In this document: one piece after another, positions 38,365 through 50,571 of the stretch
How positions within the stretch are numbered: the first letter of the stretch is position 1
Layout of the letters: each line of letters begins with the position of its first letter
NCBI GenBank assembly: GCA_028534125.1
Contig: CM052817.1
Span: 34,970,001-35,034,000 of the forward strand
DNA from: Lama glama
Taxonomy: Eukaryota
Length of the DNA stretch: 64,000 bases
Direction of reading: 5' to 3'
Notes under the pieces: generated by a model
Seen by the model: only the letters and a program-made list of their open reading frames with translations
Databases searched by the model: none
What the model was told of the DNA's origin: nothing
Position numbers and translations under genes: made by a program

Positions 38365-39700
38365 ACTTTTCTATTGTAGTAAAACATACATAACGTCAAG
38401 TTTACCATTTTAACCATTTTTTAGTATACAGGGGCAGTTAGTACATTCACATTGTTGTGCAAATATCATTATCGTCTTTCTCCAGAACTTTTTCATCTTC
38501 CCCAGCTGCAGCTCTGTACCCATCCAACAGCAGTTCCCCATTCTCCCTCCCCCAGCCCCTGACACCACCACTCTACCTTCTCTCTGTGTGAATCTGACTG
38601 CCCTAGTGCCTCATGTGAGTGAAATCAGACAGTATTTGTCTTCTTGTGTCTGACTTATTTCGCTTGGCCCCAAGGTTCACTTAATCTCAAGGTTCATCCA
38701 CATTGCAGCATGTGTCAGAACTTCTTTCCTTTTAAAGGCTGAATAATTTCCATTGTATGTATATATCACATTTTGTTTATCCATTCATCTGTCAATGAAC
38801 ATTTGGTTTGTTTCTGTCTTTGTCCATTGAGAATAATGCTGCTTATAAACATGGAAGTACAGTATATATTTGAGTCCTTGCTTTCAGTTCTTTAGGAGGT
38901 ACCCAGAAGTGAAATTGCTGGATCATATTGTAATTTTATTTAATTTTAATTTTTTAAGTTTAATTTTTTGAGGAACTGCCATACAGTTTTCCACAGGGGC
39001 TGCTCCATTTTACATCTCCACCTGCAGTGTAAGGGTGCCGGTTTCTCCGCATCCTTCTCACCAACACTTGTTATGTTCTTTTTTTTTTTTCATAGCCATC
39101 CCAGTGAGAGTGAAGTAGTATTTCATTTTGGTTTTGACTTGTGTCTTCTTAATGATTAGTAATGTTGAGCATCTTTTTGTGTGTTTTTTGGCCATTTGTA
39201 TATTTTCTTTGAGAAGATGTCTATTCAAATCCTTTGCCTATTTTTTAATCAGGTTTTTTGTTGTTGTTGAGTTGTAAGAGTTGTTTGTATATTCTGGATA
39301 GTAATCCCTTATTAGATATGTGATTTGTAAATATTTTCTCCCATCTTGTGGCTTACCTTGTCACTCAGTTTTATCCTTTGATGCACAGAAGTTTTAAATT
39401 TCCATGAAGTCAAGTTTATCTCTTTTTTCTCTTATTGCCTATATTTTTGGTGTCATACAAGAAATCATTGCTAAATCCAAAATCATGAAGCTTTTTCCTG
39501 TTTTTTCTACAAGTTTTATAGTTTTAACTCTTTTTTTTTTAATGGAGGTACTGGGGATTGAACCCAGGACCTCGTGCATGCTAAGCACGCACTCTACCAC
39601 TTGAGCTGTACCCTCCCCACGTCTTTGATCCATTTTGAGTGAATTTTTGTATATGATATAAGGTAAGGTTCCAACTTCATTCTTTTCTATGTGGATTTAA
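38365..39700 (-). mobile_element. L1MA/MB 3' fragment carrying a SINE insertion
   Basis: Antisense 3' UTR and ORF2 end (ttttttgaggaactgccatacagttttccacag; ctttgatccattttgagt). Confidence 0.9.
39531..39618 (-). mobile_element. tRNA-Ala-derived SINE (Vic-1 type), very intact
   Basis: Reverse complement is ggggagggtacagctcaagtggtagagtgcgtgcttagcatgcacgaggtcctgggttcaatccccagtacctccatt(a)n. Confidence 0.92.
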
Positions 39701-39884
39701 ATAAGCCTTTGTCATAAGGACTGTCTAATAAAAAATCTCTTAAAATTTTGAGTTCAGTTAAATATAGGGACCCTAAGTAAGTTAGATTGATACAGAACAG
39801 CTGGCTATTTGTTCTATTTTTGTTGATATAGTATTGTAGTCGGTCTTCATTTTTCAGAAGAAAATACTGATTATCTATGGTCAT

Positions 39885-41631
39885 AGAATTACTGGGTACA
39901 GGCTGGAAGAGTTTTGAGATGCTTGGTAGAAAAAAACCTGTTACCTTGAAAAGATTATTGGTAGAAAGATGGACATTAAAAGTGATTCTGGTGAGGACTC
40001 AGAAAAAAAGGAGAAAGCTATAGAGAAAACTTTTATTATTTACAAAATACATAACTCATCATGAATGGAATTTGTCCAGAAATAAGAATGTTTCTTCTAG
40101 AGAGGTCTTAGGTGGGATTCAGGAACATGTTATTGGAGGCTGGCAGAAAGGTGATTCCTATTATAAAATGTTGGAGGACTTGGGTGAATTACAGTCTACT
40201 TTTAAGTGGAAAGTAGAACTTGTAAGTGATGAACTTGGCTATTTAGCTGAGGAAATTTCCATGCAAAGTATGAAAGGTGCAACCTGGTTTCTCCTTGCTG
40301 CTTATAGTAAAATGTGAAGGAAAGAGATAAATTGAGGAAGGAACTGCAAAGCAAAAAGGAACAAGGACTTGATGATTTGGAAAGGTCTTAGCTTATCCAG
40401 CTAGTGTGTTCTGGAGCCAGGGCCGAGTGTGTGGCTAAACAACCTCTTGGTAAATAGATTAGTTGTGTAACTCAAGAATCCAGTCGGTCACCTCAGCAGA
40501 AACACTGCCAACTTGGGCTGAAAGGGACAAACAGGCAGGATGAAAAAAAGGAAGGCTGAACTTCGTGGATCCTACTAGCAGAAAACAGGCCAACAGAATT
40601 ACGAACATCTATTCTCCTTCAAGAATGACTGCAGGTGGCACAGAGACCAGCAGGGATGCCAAAGGCAGCTCAAAGCTGGTGAGGCTGCTACTGCTCCCAC
40701 ACACCCAGAGGGCATGGGCCCAGGAGATGGGACTATTTCCTCCTTGATCCCAGAAGACAGAGCCACTATCACTGAGGGCCAGGAGGTAGGGCTGTACCTG
40801 AGGGCTGAGAAGGTAGGGCTGCCCTAGCAGGCCCAGAGGTCAAAACATCAAGGTGCACAGGTCATTATTTTTTGGCCCTGAAATCTAATAGAATTCACCC
40901 TGCTTGGTTGCAAACTTACTTTGGACTGGTAATTTCTTTTTACCTCTATTTTCTCCCTTTTAGAATGGAACTGTCTATTCTATGACTGTTCCACCATTGT
41001 ATTTTAGAGGGAGGTAACTTGTTTTCTAGTATCACAGATCTGTGGAAAGAGAGGAATTTTGCCCCAGGATGGACCATACCCAGAGTCTTAGCCCTTCTGA
41101 TTTAGATGAGATAGAATGTTGGGATAGAGTGAATATATTTTGCATATGGGAGGACATGAGTTTTGGGGAGCTGGAGGGTAGGTAGAATTATGGCCCCCCA
41201 AAATATTTTGAAATCCTAACCCCTAGTACCTGTGAATGTGACCTTTTCTGGAAATAGGACCTTTGCAGGTGTACTCAATTTAAGATGAAGTCATACTGGA
41301 CTAGGGTAGTCCATATCTCGATGAATGGTGTCCTTGTAAGATAAATCTGGACACAAAAGACACGAGGGAGAACGCCAGGTGAAGATGGAGGCAGAGATTG
41401 GAGTGGTATGTCTTATAAGGCAAGGAACACCAAGGACTGCCAGCAACCACCAGAAGCTTGGAAAGAGGCATAGAACAGATTCTCCTACAAAACCTCCAGA
41501 AGAAGCCAACTCCACCAGCATCTAAATTTCAGACTTGTAACCTCCAGATTTGTGGGGGATACATTTCTGTTGTTTTAAGCCACCCAGTAATTTGCAGTAA
41601 CTTGTTACAGCAGTCCTAGGAAACTAATACA
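39885..41631 (+). mobile_element. MaLR retrotransposon: MLT1 internal region plus 3' LTR (MLT1B-like, about 41180-41631)
   Basis: Internal motifs ggctggaagagttttgag and gaacttggctatttagctgaggaaattt; LTR gtacctgtgaatgtgacctt...gaagatggaggcagagattggagtg...ctaggaaactaataca. Confidence 0.88.
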
Positions 41632-42551
41632 CTATTTCTGTAAGTTTTTCTATTAAGAGTATAATAACTAAAGGAATGTTTTTCAATCTTCAAACTAGTT
41701 CTTAGGAGAAACTATTATTTAGTTCTTCTGTTCTTTGTCATTGTTCATGTTCTTATGTGGCATGAAATTGACATACATATTGATGTTTAGTTTGGGGGAT
41801 TTTGATTAATTAATTCATTAATATTTGGAAAATCCAAATATTTACTTTTATGCAACTGTTGAACTTTATTAAATCTTCACAGCAGCGTTGGATTTTTAAT
41901 GTTGATTCATTTCAGTAAAGTTTGTTCAGTAATTTTGGTTTTCAAATGTGGATTTCTTCCTAAACTCTAGAAGTAGACTTTATACCAAGTCTGTATGTAT
42001 CACTCACAATTTAAATTGTGAAAAATTTTAAATGTGGATTTTTCTAGGAAAAAAGTCTTTATCAGTATTTCAAATTTCGCTTGTTATTTCACTTATAAAG
42101 TTGTGTACTATTATTAGGTTAAATTAAATTTAAATATGACTTTAGGTATTTAGTTTTAAAACAAACTCCATTTTTGAAATTCAGAATTTAACTAAAGGCC
42201 ATTGAGGAGTGGTAAGTATATATGTTACTTTTTCTTAAAAAGGCATTATTATGATAATTTATAAAGGAAAATTTAATAGAACTTTCATATTCACAACCCT
42301 AAAACAATAATTTTCATCTTCCAAATACATACATGAGGTTCTTAGTTACCATGATTAATAATTATACACAGTTTATTTTTTTAAACATTAAATAGGCCAT
42401 CTTTAAATAGTAGGCAACTTCATGAGAGTATCTTAAAATGTGCAAAAATTGGCTCTCATTTTTATAAAGTGAAGTTGTAGCTATACAGATTCAAGCCTTT
42501 AAAATTATTGGATTACTTTAACTTTGTACCTGTTTCTTTTTCTGTTTTCAG

Positions 42552-42761
42552 CACATAAATGCACATCATGCTTATGAATCTCAGATCTCATCAATGGCAA
42601 AAGCCATATCTAGTTTAGAAGAAGAGCTGAGACACCAGGAAGATGAGAAAGCAGCAGTCTTAAATGATTTGTCATCTCTTAGAGAACTTTGCATTAAGCT
42701 TGATTCAGGCAAAGATATTATGACCCAACAATTAACTTCCAAAAACCTTGAATTTGAGAGG
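42552..42761 (+). CDS. CEP135: CEP135 coding exon (22), 210 bp
   Basis: ctgttttcag|CAC...AGG|gtaaga; HINAHHAYESQISSMAKAISSLEEELRHQEDEKAAVLNDLSSLRELCIKLDSGKDIMTQQLTSKNLEFER. Confidence 0.95.
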
Positions 42762-43607
42762 GTAAGAACTTAAAGACAGTGTTGCAGCATACTGTTTTAT
42801 TCAGCGCTACAGTCTGATTGTTTTACTTTACCATGCAATACCCAATGTATTTGTTCCTCTTTAAGTAGTGACTTGACTACAAGACTTTGACGACTAGATT
42901 TGACTACTAGATTCTTTGCCAAGATTTCTCTGGCAAACATGGTGATGAAATGGAGTGCTGTTTTGGAGTAGAGGGGTATTTAGGAGAATATGATTCTTCT
43001 AAATAAAGAGTAGGAGCATATCCCAACACATTTTTTCTCAGTTTAAAAGTAAGGCTTAGATGAAGGATTGAGCAATCGTTGCTTCCTAAGTAGAAGATTT
43101 TTCCTGATAAATTCTTCTTAATTTTAAAAGTCAAGTTAGCTGGAACTTCCCATTCACAATCTGAAGCATTAAACACCCCAGTGTGTGTTTTCAGACACGG
43201 GTGTTTTCAGTTTTCACTCATTTAGTAGTAACTTTATATTCAGGCACTGAGGCGCTTCAGGACTGGCTTGACTATGTAATAAGAATATACATATTTAATA
43301 GACCAGAAGGGCCTCCTTGCTGATAGGATGGCCACATTTTAGGATTGTATATTAAGTACCCTGTCTTGACAAAATAGTGCAAAAGAAAACTGAGGCTTAA
43401 AGTAGGTCTTAGAGCCAAAATAAGCCCTTACTAAAAAGAGCAAAGATTATTTTGAAAATAAGGTGTTTTTCTTTTACTTAGAATGTAGTGTAAAATCTTT
43501 AATCGGTACCCTAAATGAAGCAACTGATTTGTGTATAGCTCTGCAGATATTTTTTTAGAGTCAGCCTAAAATTGTACTGAAGTAATCTTATTTTGTTCTT
43601 CTTGTAG

Positions 43608-43810
43608 GTTGCGATGGAATTAGAAAATGTAAAATCAGAATCAGAGCTGTTAAAAAAGCAACTGTCAAGTGAGAGACATACAATTAAAAACCTTGAATCA
43701 TTGTTGGCTACAAATAGAGATAAAGAATTTCATTCTCATTTAACCTCCCACGAGAAGGATACAGAAATTCAGCTACTTAAAGAGAAATTAACCCTTTCAG
43801 AAAGCAAATT
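43608..43810 (+). CDS. CEP135: CEP135 coding exon (23), 203 bp
   Basis: ttcttgtag|GTT...AAATT|gtaagt; [67 protein letters not shown](L). Confidence 0.95.
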
Positions 43811-44456
43811 GTAAGTGTAATAAATTAACTTATGCGGGGTAAATAGATTGTCACAAATAATTCTTCAATATGGATAAATTTTTGTAGATTTGTAGCATAA
43901 AACAAATGATAGAAAAATAATGGAAGAATAAGAAAATTTTTTTTCTATTTTTACAGGGGAGAAGGAGATAGGAGTGTGAAGGGTGGTATAAAACCGAAAT
44001 ATTTTACTTACATGGTTGCAGTTTTTGGAAATTTAGGGGTTTAGTTCGAAGAGATACCATGTTTGCAGATGTAATTTGTGTATCTTCACCACAGAAGTTA
44101 TACCCACAGAAGTGAATGAGTGAACTTTAGAAAAATGCCTAAACTTGAGGAAGGAAGAGAGAAATCAGCAAAGGGGCGAGCATTTCAGAATGGGGAGAGT
44201 GGGCTGTGTCTCATGCTGTGAATCAGGAAAAAGACTTCGAAAAGGCCATGAGATTTGAACCTCATAAGTATATCGATTACCTTTCAGGAGATTGATGATG
44301 GTGTCTTTTTAGGATGGAAAACTTTGGACATATTTTTGGAAGAAGGGAAGAAACCCAGAGTAGATAGTGCAAGTGGAATAATTAACTTTTAAAAGGAGTT
44401 AAAATATTTCTCTTTCTGAGATAGACGTCAAGAAGGAACCAATAAAGATACTTTAC

Positions 44457-44686
44457 TTTTTTTTATTTTCGTATTTTATTTATTTATTTATTTTGGCAGA
44501 GGAGGGAAGTAGTTAGATTGATTGACTGATTGATTTTAGAAGAGGTACTGGGGATTGAACCAGGACCTCATGCATGCTAAGCATACGGTCTACCACTTGA
44601 GCTACACCCTCCCACTTTTTTTTTTTTAATGGAGGCACTGGGGATTGAACCAAGGACCTGTACCACTGAGTTTTACCTTCCCTGCA
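44457..44686 (-). mobile_element. Two tandem tRNA-derived SINE units inside one TSD
   Basis: Units at about 44457-44613 and 44616-44683; atactttac at 44448-44456 and 44687-44695. Confidence 0.85.
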
Positions 44687-44996
44687 ATACTTTACATTTT
44701 GATGTTACAGTTCATGTCTTCTCAGATTTGTATCTCCAGCATTGCTACAGTGCCTAGCACATATTAGAAGCTCAGTAAATGTTTGTTAAATAAATGAGAT
44801 GAACGGAAAAGAAAACTTTGTGATAAAAGCTCCAGATGTTTACAGAATTATTGTTCAAAAGTCTTGATCTTCTCTTTTTTCATCCTTATGTGTCACTTCC
44901 ATTTGTATTTATTAATAACAAAAATCAGTAGCACTTGACTCTCTATAAAATAGTATTTGTTACTTATTTATTTGATTTTTTAAATTTGTTTTTAAG

Positions 44997-45101
44997 AACT
45001 AGTCAAAGCCGGGAAAACACCATGCTTCGGGCTAAAATGGCACAATTGCAAACAGACCTTGATACTCTGAAAAGGCAGATTTCAACTGAAAGATATGAAC
45101 G
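44997..45101 (+). CDS. CEP135: CEP135 coding exon (24), 105 bp
   Basis: ttgtttttaag|A ACT...GAACG|gtaaga; TSQSRENTMLRAKMAQLQTDLDTLKRQISTERYE(R). Confidence 0.94.
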
Positions 45102-45814
45102 GTAAGAAAATATTTTTAGCGTTGAACAGTGTTTTTATTTATTCCCTATACTATTCCAAAAAGGATTTAGTATGGCTTACAAGTAATAAACTTTTCTTAG
45201 CATTAATATGTAAAATAAATTTCTTTGGTAATTCTTCCTGGAAAGGCAACAAGCATTGTAGAAGGTAATATCACTACAATAAATAAAGTAGCAAGTATTG
45301 TATAAATGTTTCCTGTAATGTTCCTCAGGGCAAAATTAGGGTGTTATCTCAAAGGATATAGTTAGGGAATCAGCAAGCTACTGCAGATTCTACAGGAGTC
45401 CAAACATCATGGTCCAGTAGGAGTTCCAAATGCAGGCAGACCCAGACACGGGGAAGGAAAGCATAACAGAAAATGGATTGTTTCACTTCTAACATTGGGA
45501 GTTTTGAGATAGGAAGAAGGAAGAGGACTAAATTTATGTGCAAGAAGAGGTGGGAAAGGTAGGGGCAGAAAGGAGAACCAGTCAGCTTGGAAAATATATA
45601 TTCAGAGGGGCTTCAAACAATCTCTTAAAGTATGTATTCCTTTAATTGAAATCTCCCTTATCCATAGCTTAAAAATGACTTAAAGACAAAGGATTTAAAC
45701 TTAGTAGAAATATTAATTAATTGAGTAGGAATTACTTTAACTAATAGCAATAACAGGGCCTTTTATTTCTATGCCACTTTTTGGTATAATCTCTTATTTA
45801 ATCTTCACTGACAG

Positions 45815-45914
45815 AGAACGAGCAATCCAAGAGATGCGTCGGCATGGTCTTCGCACACCACCCCTTAGCTCTACTCTGAGGTCTCCTTTACATTCTCCGG
45901 AACATGTAAACTGA
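45815..45914 (+). CDS. CEP135: CEP135 last coding exon (25); stop TGA at 45912-45914, exon continues to 45924
   Basis: cttcactgacag|A GAA...; ERAIQEMRRHGLRTPPLSSTLRSPLHSPEHVN*; donor AAG|gtatgt at 45924/45925. Confidence 0.94.
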
Positions 45915-46639
45915 TTCTCAGAAGGTATGTGTGTTACACCAAGGACAAGCAAAACTAGTCTATGGCTATAAAAAAATCAGAAAGTGTTTTTCTGTGTAGG
46001 AGGAGGGGAGATCGCCTACAAAGGTGGTCAAGAACTTTTGGAAGTAATAGAATGTTCTGTATCTTGGTGACGGTTACAAGGGTGGTATATAGAAGTTAAA
46101 AACTTGAACTGAACATTTATAGTCCATGCATTTTATTGTCTGTAAATTATACCTCAGTTGAAAAAGAGAAGACATCACAACAAAAATTAAATGACACTAT
46201 GAGATATCACAGGGTCATATTTGATGAAGTGCCAAATTCAGGGTAAAAGTAATAGGCAATAAAAGTGTGGACAGAGACATAGAAACAGGAACAGGTGGCG
46301 CCGTAGTCAATCTGACAGGAATAGCAGGTTGCTGGGGAGCACTGAGGGAGAAAGGCGTGGAGGGTAGAGGGGGTATGTGGAATATACTGAATGTGAGGCT
46401 AAAGAGACGGCAGACTTGATTCTCTGAGTCAAGGAGAGTCATCGAAGGTCTCCTGTGTATAGGATGAGTACAGAGGAGGGGTTAACATGGAAGGACTGTT
46501 TCTGGTGGATTAACTTCACAACTGTATTTGGGCCATTTTGGGGACAGTTGAAACCAGAGGCAGGGATACCAGAAAGAGGTATGAAATGAATAATCAGTTC
46601 CAGATCAGTAAATAATATTGAAAGCTAGGATAGACTTTT

Positions 46640-47230
46640 AAAAATAAATTATAATATACGTACAGGAAAGTGCTGTAAAGGTGTTCAATGAGTTTTTACA
46701 AACTGAACACACCTGTGTACCCAGATTAGGCAACAACGCATGACCTCTCTTGGGCTTCCTTTAGGTCATGAGCCCTGCTCTAAAAGTAACTGTCCTGATT
46801 ATTAAAAGCATAGACTCCTTTTGTCTGTTTCTGGACATTTTATAAATGAAATCTGACATTTCTGGCTTTTTTTTTCCTCATCAGTACCTTTGTGAGATTT
46901 ATCCATGCTGCTGTGTGTACTTGTAGATTGTTCAGTCTTGTCACTGTGTGGTATTCCATTATGTGAGCTTACCGCAATCCATTTCCTTGTTCTATTTTTG
47001 ATGGGCACTTGGTAATTTCCAGTTTGGGCTATTACCAATGGAGTTATGATAAACATTCTAATATCTGTATGTTGGCGAACAGATGTGTACATTCCTTTTG
47101 GATATACACTTAAGAGTGAAATTTGTCAGGTCACCGGACATGCATGTTCGTTGCATGTCAGGTCGCTGGACTGTGTGTTTGAGCTTGAGTAGTTACTGCA
47201 AGACAGTTTCCCAAAGGGGTTGTAAAGAGC
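46640..47230 (-). mobile_element. Old L1M 3' fragment
   Basis: tgtgagatttatccatgc...tgatgggcacttggtaatttccagtttggggctatt...acagtttcccaaagggg. Confidence 0.75.
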
Positions 47231-47768
47231 TAGGACACATTTGGCTGAGGAAGGGTCCAGGTGATGTGCTGATTCATTGGAGATGGGAATGAATGGGAGA
47301 GAAGCATGTCAGACCCAGAGTTTGAAAGGTAGATGACTGAGGAAAATGCATGCTTATTGACAGAAATAGTAGTCAGTCCTTTCAAAAAAATATGTATTTC
47401 TTTGCCTCTTTCACTAGAAGCATATAGAAGATAATTAAGCATTCTTTGATGACTCTGAATCCTGACTGTGAACATTAGTTACACTCTATACATTAACATA
47501 TTGATGCCCCCAGGGTTTATTGGTATTTGCAGGGCCTATGTTTAAATGTTTCCTGATAGCTGTGCTTTTTCTTTTGTGTTTGTTTGATTGAAACATTAGT
47601 TTTCCTTTTTCATTTTGAGGCTGGCTGCAGTCATCGTGTCCTCACAACTTCTAAGCTGCCGCTTTCATTTGAAAGTGATTAGATGGAGGTTCAGCTTCTC
47701 ATTATAAAACTTCGTAGGAGTTGTGACAGACATTTCTTTCATGCTTGGTGCACAGCTCCATTTTAAAT

Positions 47769-47960
47769 CAGGGGTTGGTAAACTCGGGCCTTTGCGCCAA
47801 AGTCCACACCACTGCCTATTTTTGTAAATTAAGCTTTATTGGAGCATAGCCACACCCATTTGTTTACATGTTGTCTAAGACTGCTTTTCTGCAGTGGCAG
47901 AGCTGAGTAGTTGTGACAGGGACCTTGTGGCCCACAGATCTAAAATACTTACTTACTAGC
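47769..47960 (+). mobile_element. MER58A hAT element
   Basis: caggggttggtaaact...tttattggagcatagccacacccatttgtttacat...gcagagctgagtagttgtgacag. Confidence 0.85.
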
Positions 47961-48164
47961 GTGCTTTTCATGTTGTGTATCCCCTGGAAGGCTTACTTGT
48001 AAACTCAAATAAGAGTGAAAAAAGCAAATAGTTCCTTAGTTTTATGAAAGTAGAGAGTCTTGACTCCCAAGGATCCCCAGATGTACTTTAAGAACCCCTG
48101 ATTTACAACATAGTGGATTCCAGCAATCTCTAAAGCTGTGTGATGAATTAGAAAACTTTTAGAA

Positions 48165-48860
48165 ACTGTAATGAAATATATATAACATGAATTTTTCCTT
48201 AACTATTTTTTTAAATGTATAACTCAGTGACATTAAATTCACAATATTAAACAACCATCACCACTGTTTCCAGAACTTTTTCATCACCCCAAAGAGAAAC
48301 TGTATCCATTAAGCAATAACTCTCCAGTCCCCTGAGTTCACCTCCCTAGCCCCTGGTAGCCGCTGATCTACTTTCTGTCTCTATAAATTAGCCTATTCCA
48401 GATTTTCATATGAGTGAATTTACACAGTATTTATCTTTTTGAGTCTGGTTTATTTCATTTAGGATAATGTCTTCAAGGTTCATCTATTTTGTAGCGTGTA
48501 TCAGAACTTCATTCCTTTTCATGCTTGAATAGTATTTCTTTGTATTTATACCACATTTTGTTTATCCATTCATCAGTTGATGGACAACTGGGTTGTTTTT
48601 ACCTCTTAGCTGTTGTTAATAATGCTGCCATGAACACTGGTGTACGAATACCTGTTTTAGTCTGTTTTCAAGTCTTTTGGGGGTACCTAGAGTTGCTGAG
48701 TCATAAGGTAATTCTATGTTTAACTTTTTGAATACTTAGCCAGACTTTTCCACATGATTGTACCATTTTACATTTTCACCAGCAATGTAAGAATTCCAAT
48801 TTTCCAAATCCTTGTCAACACTTATTTTCCTTTTTAAAATTATAGCCATCCTAGTAGATA
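48165..48860 (-). mobile_element. L1MB 3' fragment
   Basis: ccagaactttttcatcaccccaaa...ttgtttatccattcatcagttgatggaca. Confidence 0.85.
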
Positions 48861-49158
48861 TGGATTAGAAAGTGCCTATAATCATTAACAAATTCCCAGA
48901 GCATCCTAATGATGTTGTTAATTGGTAACACATTTCCATTTATATTTTCTCATATTGTCATCAAAACTAATTTTAAGGGATTTCCTTATAAGTACCTAGA
49001 AATGAATATGAAATATTCATATCATCATATTTACAGTATCTCTAATAGTAAAAATACATAATCCAATTTTTTTACTGTTCTAATTACTGCATCTAACACA
49101 TTCTCACTGAGAAAACATAAAATACAAAAGTATAAAGAAGAAAATCAAAGTCACTTTT

Positions 49159-49649
49159 TTTACGTTTATTATTGGGTTAAAATATACATAAGGTCAAATT
49201 TATTGTTTTAACCATTTTTAAGTGTACATTTCTCTGGCAGTTAGTTCATTCAAGCTCTTGTGCAAAACTCATTTCTACCATCAATCTCCAGAACTTTTTT
49301 ATCTTCCCCAACTGACACTCTGTACTCATTAAACAATAAACCCCTATTCTGTCCGCCTCCCAGCCTCTGGCAACCACTGTTACAATTTCTGTCTCTGTGA
49401 ATGTGACTACTTTACGTACCTGATGTAAGTGGAGTCATGCAGTATTTGTCTTTTTGTGACTGACTTGTTTCACTTATTGTAATGTTTCCAGGTTATATCC
49501 ATGTCGAGCCTGTGTCAGAATTCCCTTCCTTTTTGAGGCTGCATAGTATTCCATTCTGTGTATGTAGCACACTTTGTTTATCCATTCACAACTTGGGTTG
49601 CTTCCACCTTTTGGCTATTGTGAAAATGCTGCTGTGAATATGAATGTAC
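49159..49649 (-). mobile_element. L1MA-type 3' end with a 17-bp TSD
   Basis: TSD aaatcaaagtcactttt at 49142-49158 and 49650-49666; body resembles 38365-38860. Confidence 0.88.
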
Positions 49650-50571
49650 AAATCAAAGTCACTTTTAACCCTACAACGCAGAGAAAATAGCAATTAGCAT
49701 TTGGTGTACTTCCTTCTTATGTCTAATTTGTAATAAACATACACACACATGCATAGACATATATATGTAATTTTAATAGAACTGATACTTGAAATTGTTT
49801 TTATCAGCTTTTTTGTTTTGTTTTGTTCTGTGAGGGTATTCCCCTTAATATTGTTGCATGCCTTTATTCTTACTGTTAGAGCATTTTCAAAAATGCCATT
49901 TTAAACCAGTGATTTAACAGTTCATCGAATATTCCATGATTCATTTAATCATTCTCCTCTTACGGGACATATAACCTGTTTCCATTTTTTCCTTATAAAT
50001 AACATTTTACACCAATATTAGAGAACCTATCTGATAATTTCTTCTTAAGTGTGTCTTCCTAGATATAGAAAAAAAATTACTTTCTTACTGTTTCCATTTT
50101 GTGATTTTTCTTATTTTAATATGTGCTTTAATTGGAAAGGTAATTGGATAGCACATAAGTTCAAAATGTTTGAAAAAATATTTGTCCATCCCTAACATCC
50201 TATTTTAAGACTCAGACAACATAATTTACAGTACTTGTTTATAATTTTCCTAAACCTAGACATTGTATTATCCCTTCTTTTGAGTGGTTTTTCTCAGTTA
50301 ACATACTGTGCTATCTCATTCCTTTCACTGTGTATCACTCTTTTAGTACTTATATACTTTGATGTGGTTGGTAGTTTGAAGGGAATATCTTTTTCAAATA
50401 GAGAACAGTACTTCTTAACTATTAAATATAACTTGATTATGGGCAAAGGTTTTATTAGAGACTATAATTTCAGTTAAGACATTACTGAATTTCACTTTTT
50501 CATGAATGTACTGAGTCATTATGTTTATCATTTTTTTCTTAACCCAACTTTCCTCTCTCCCCCCTTTTCAG

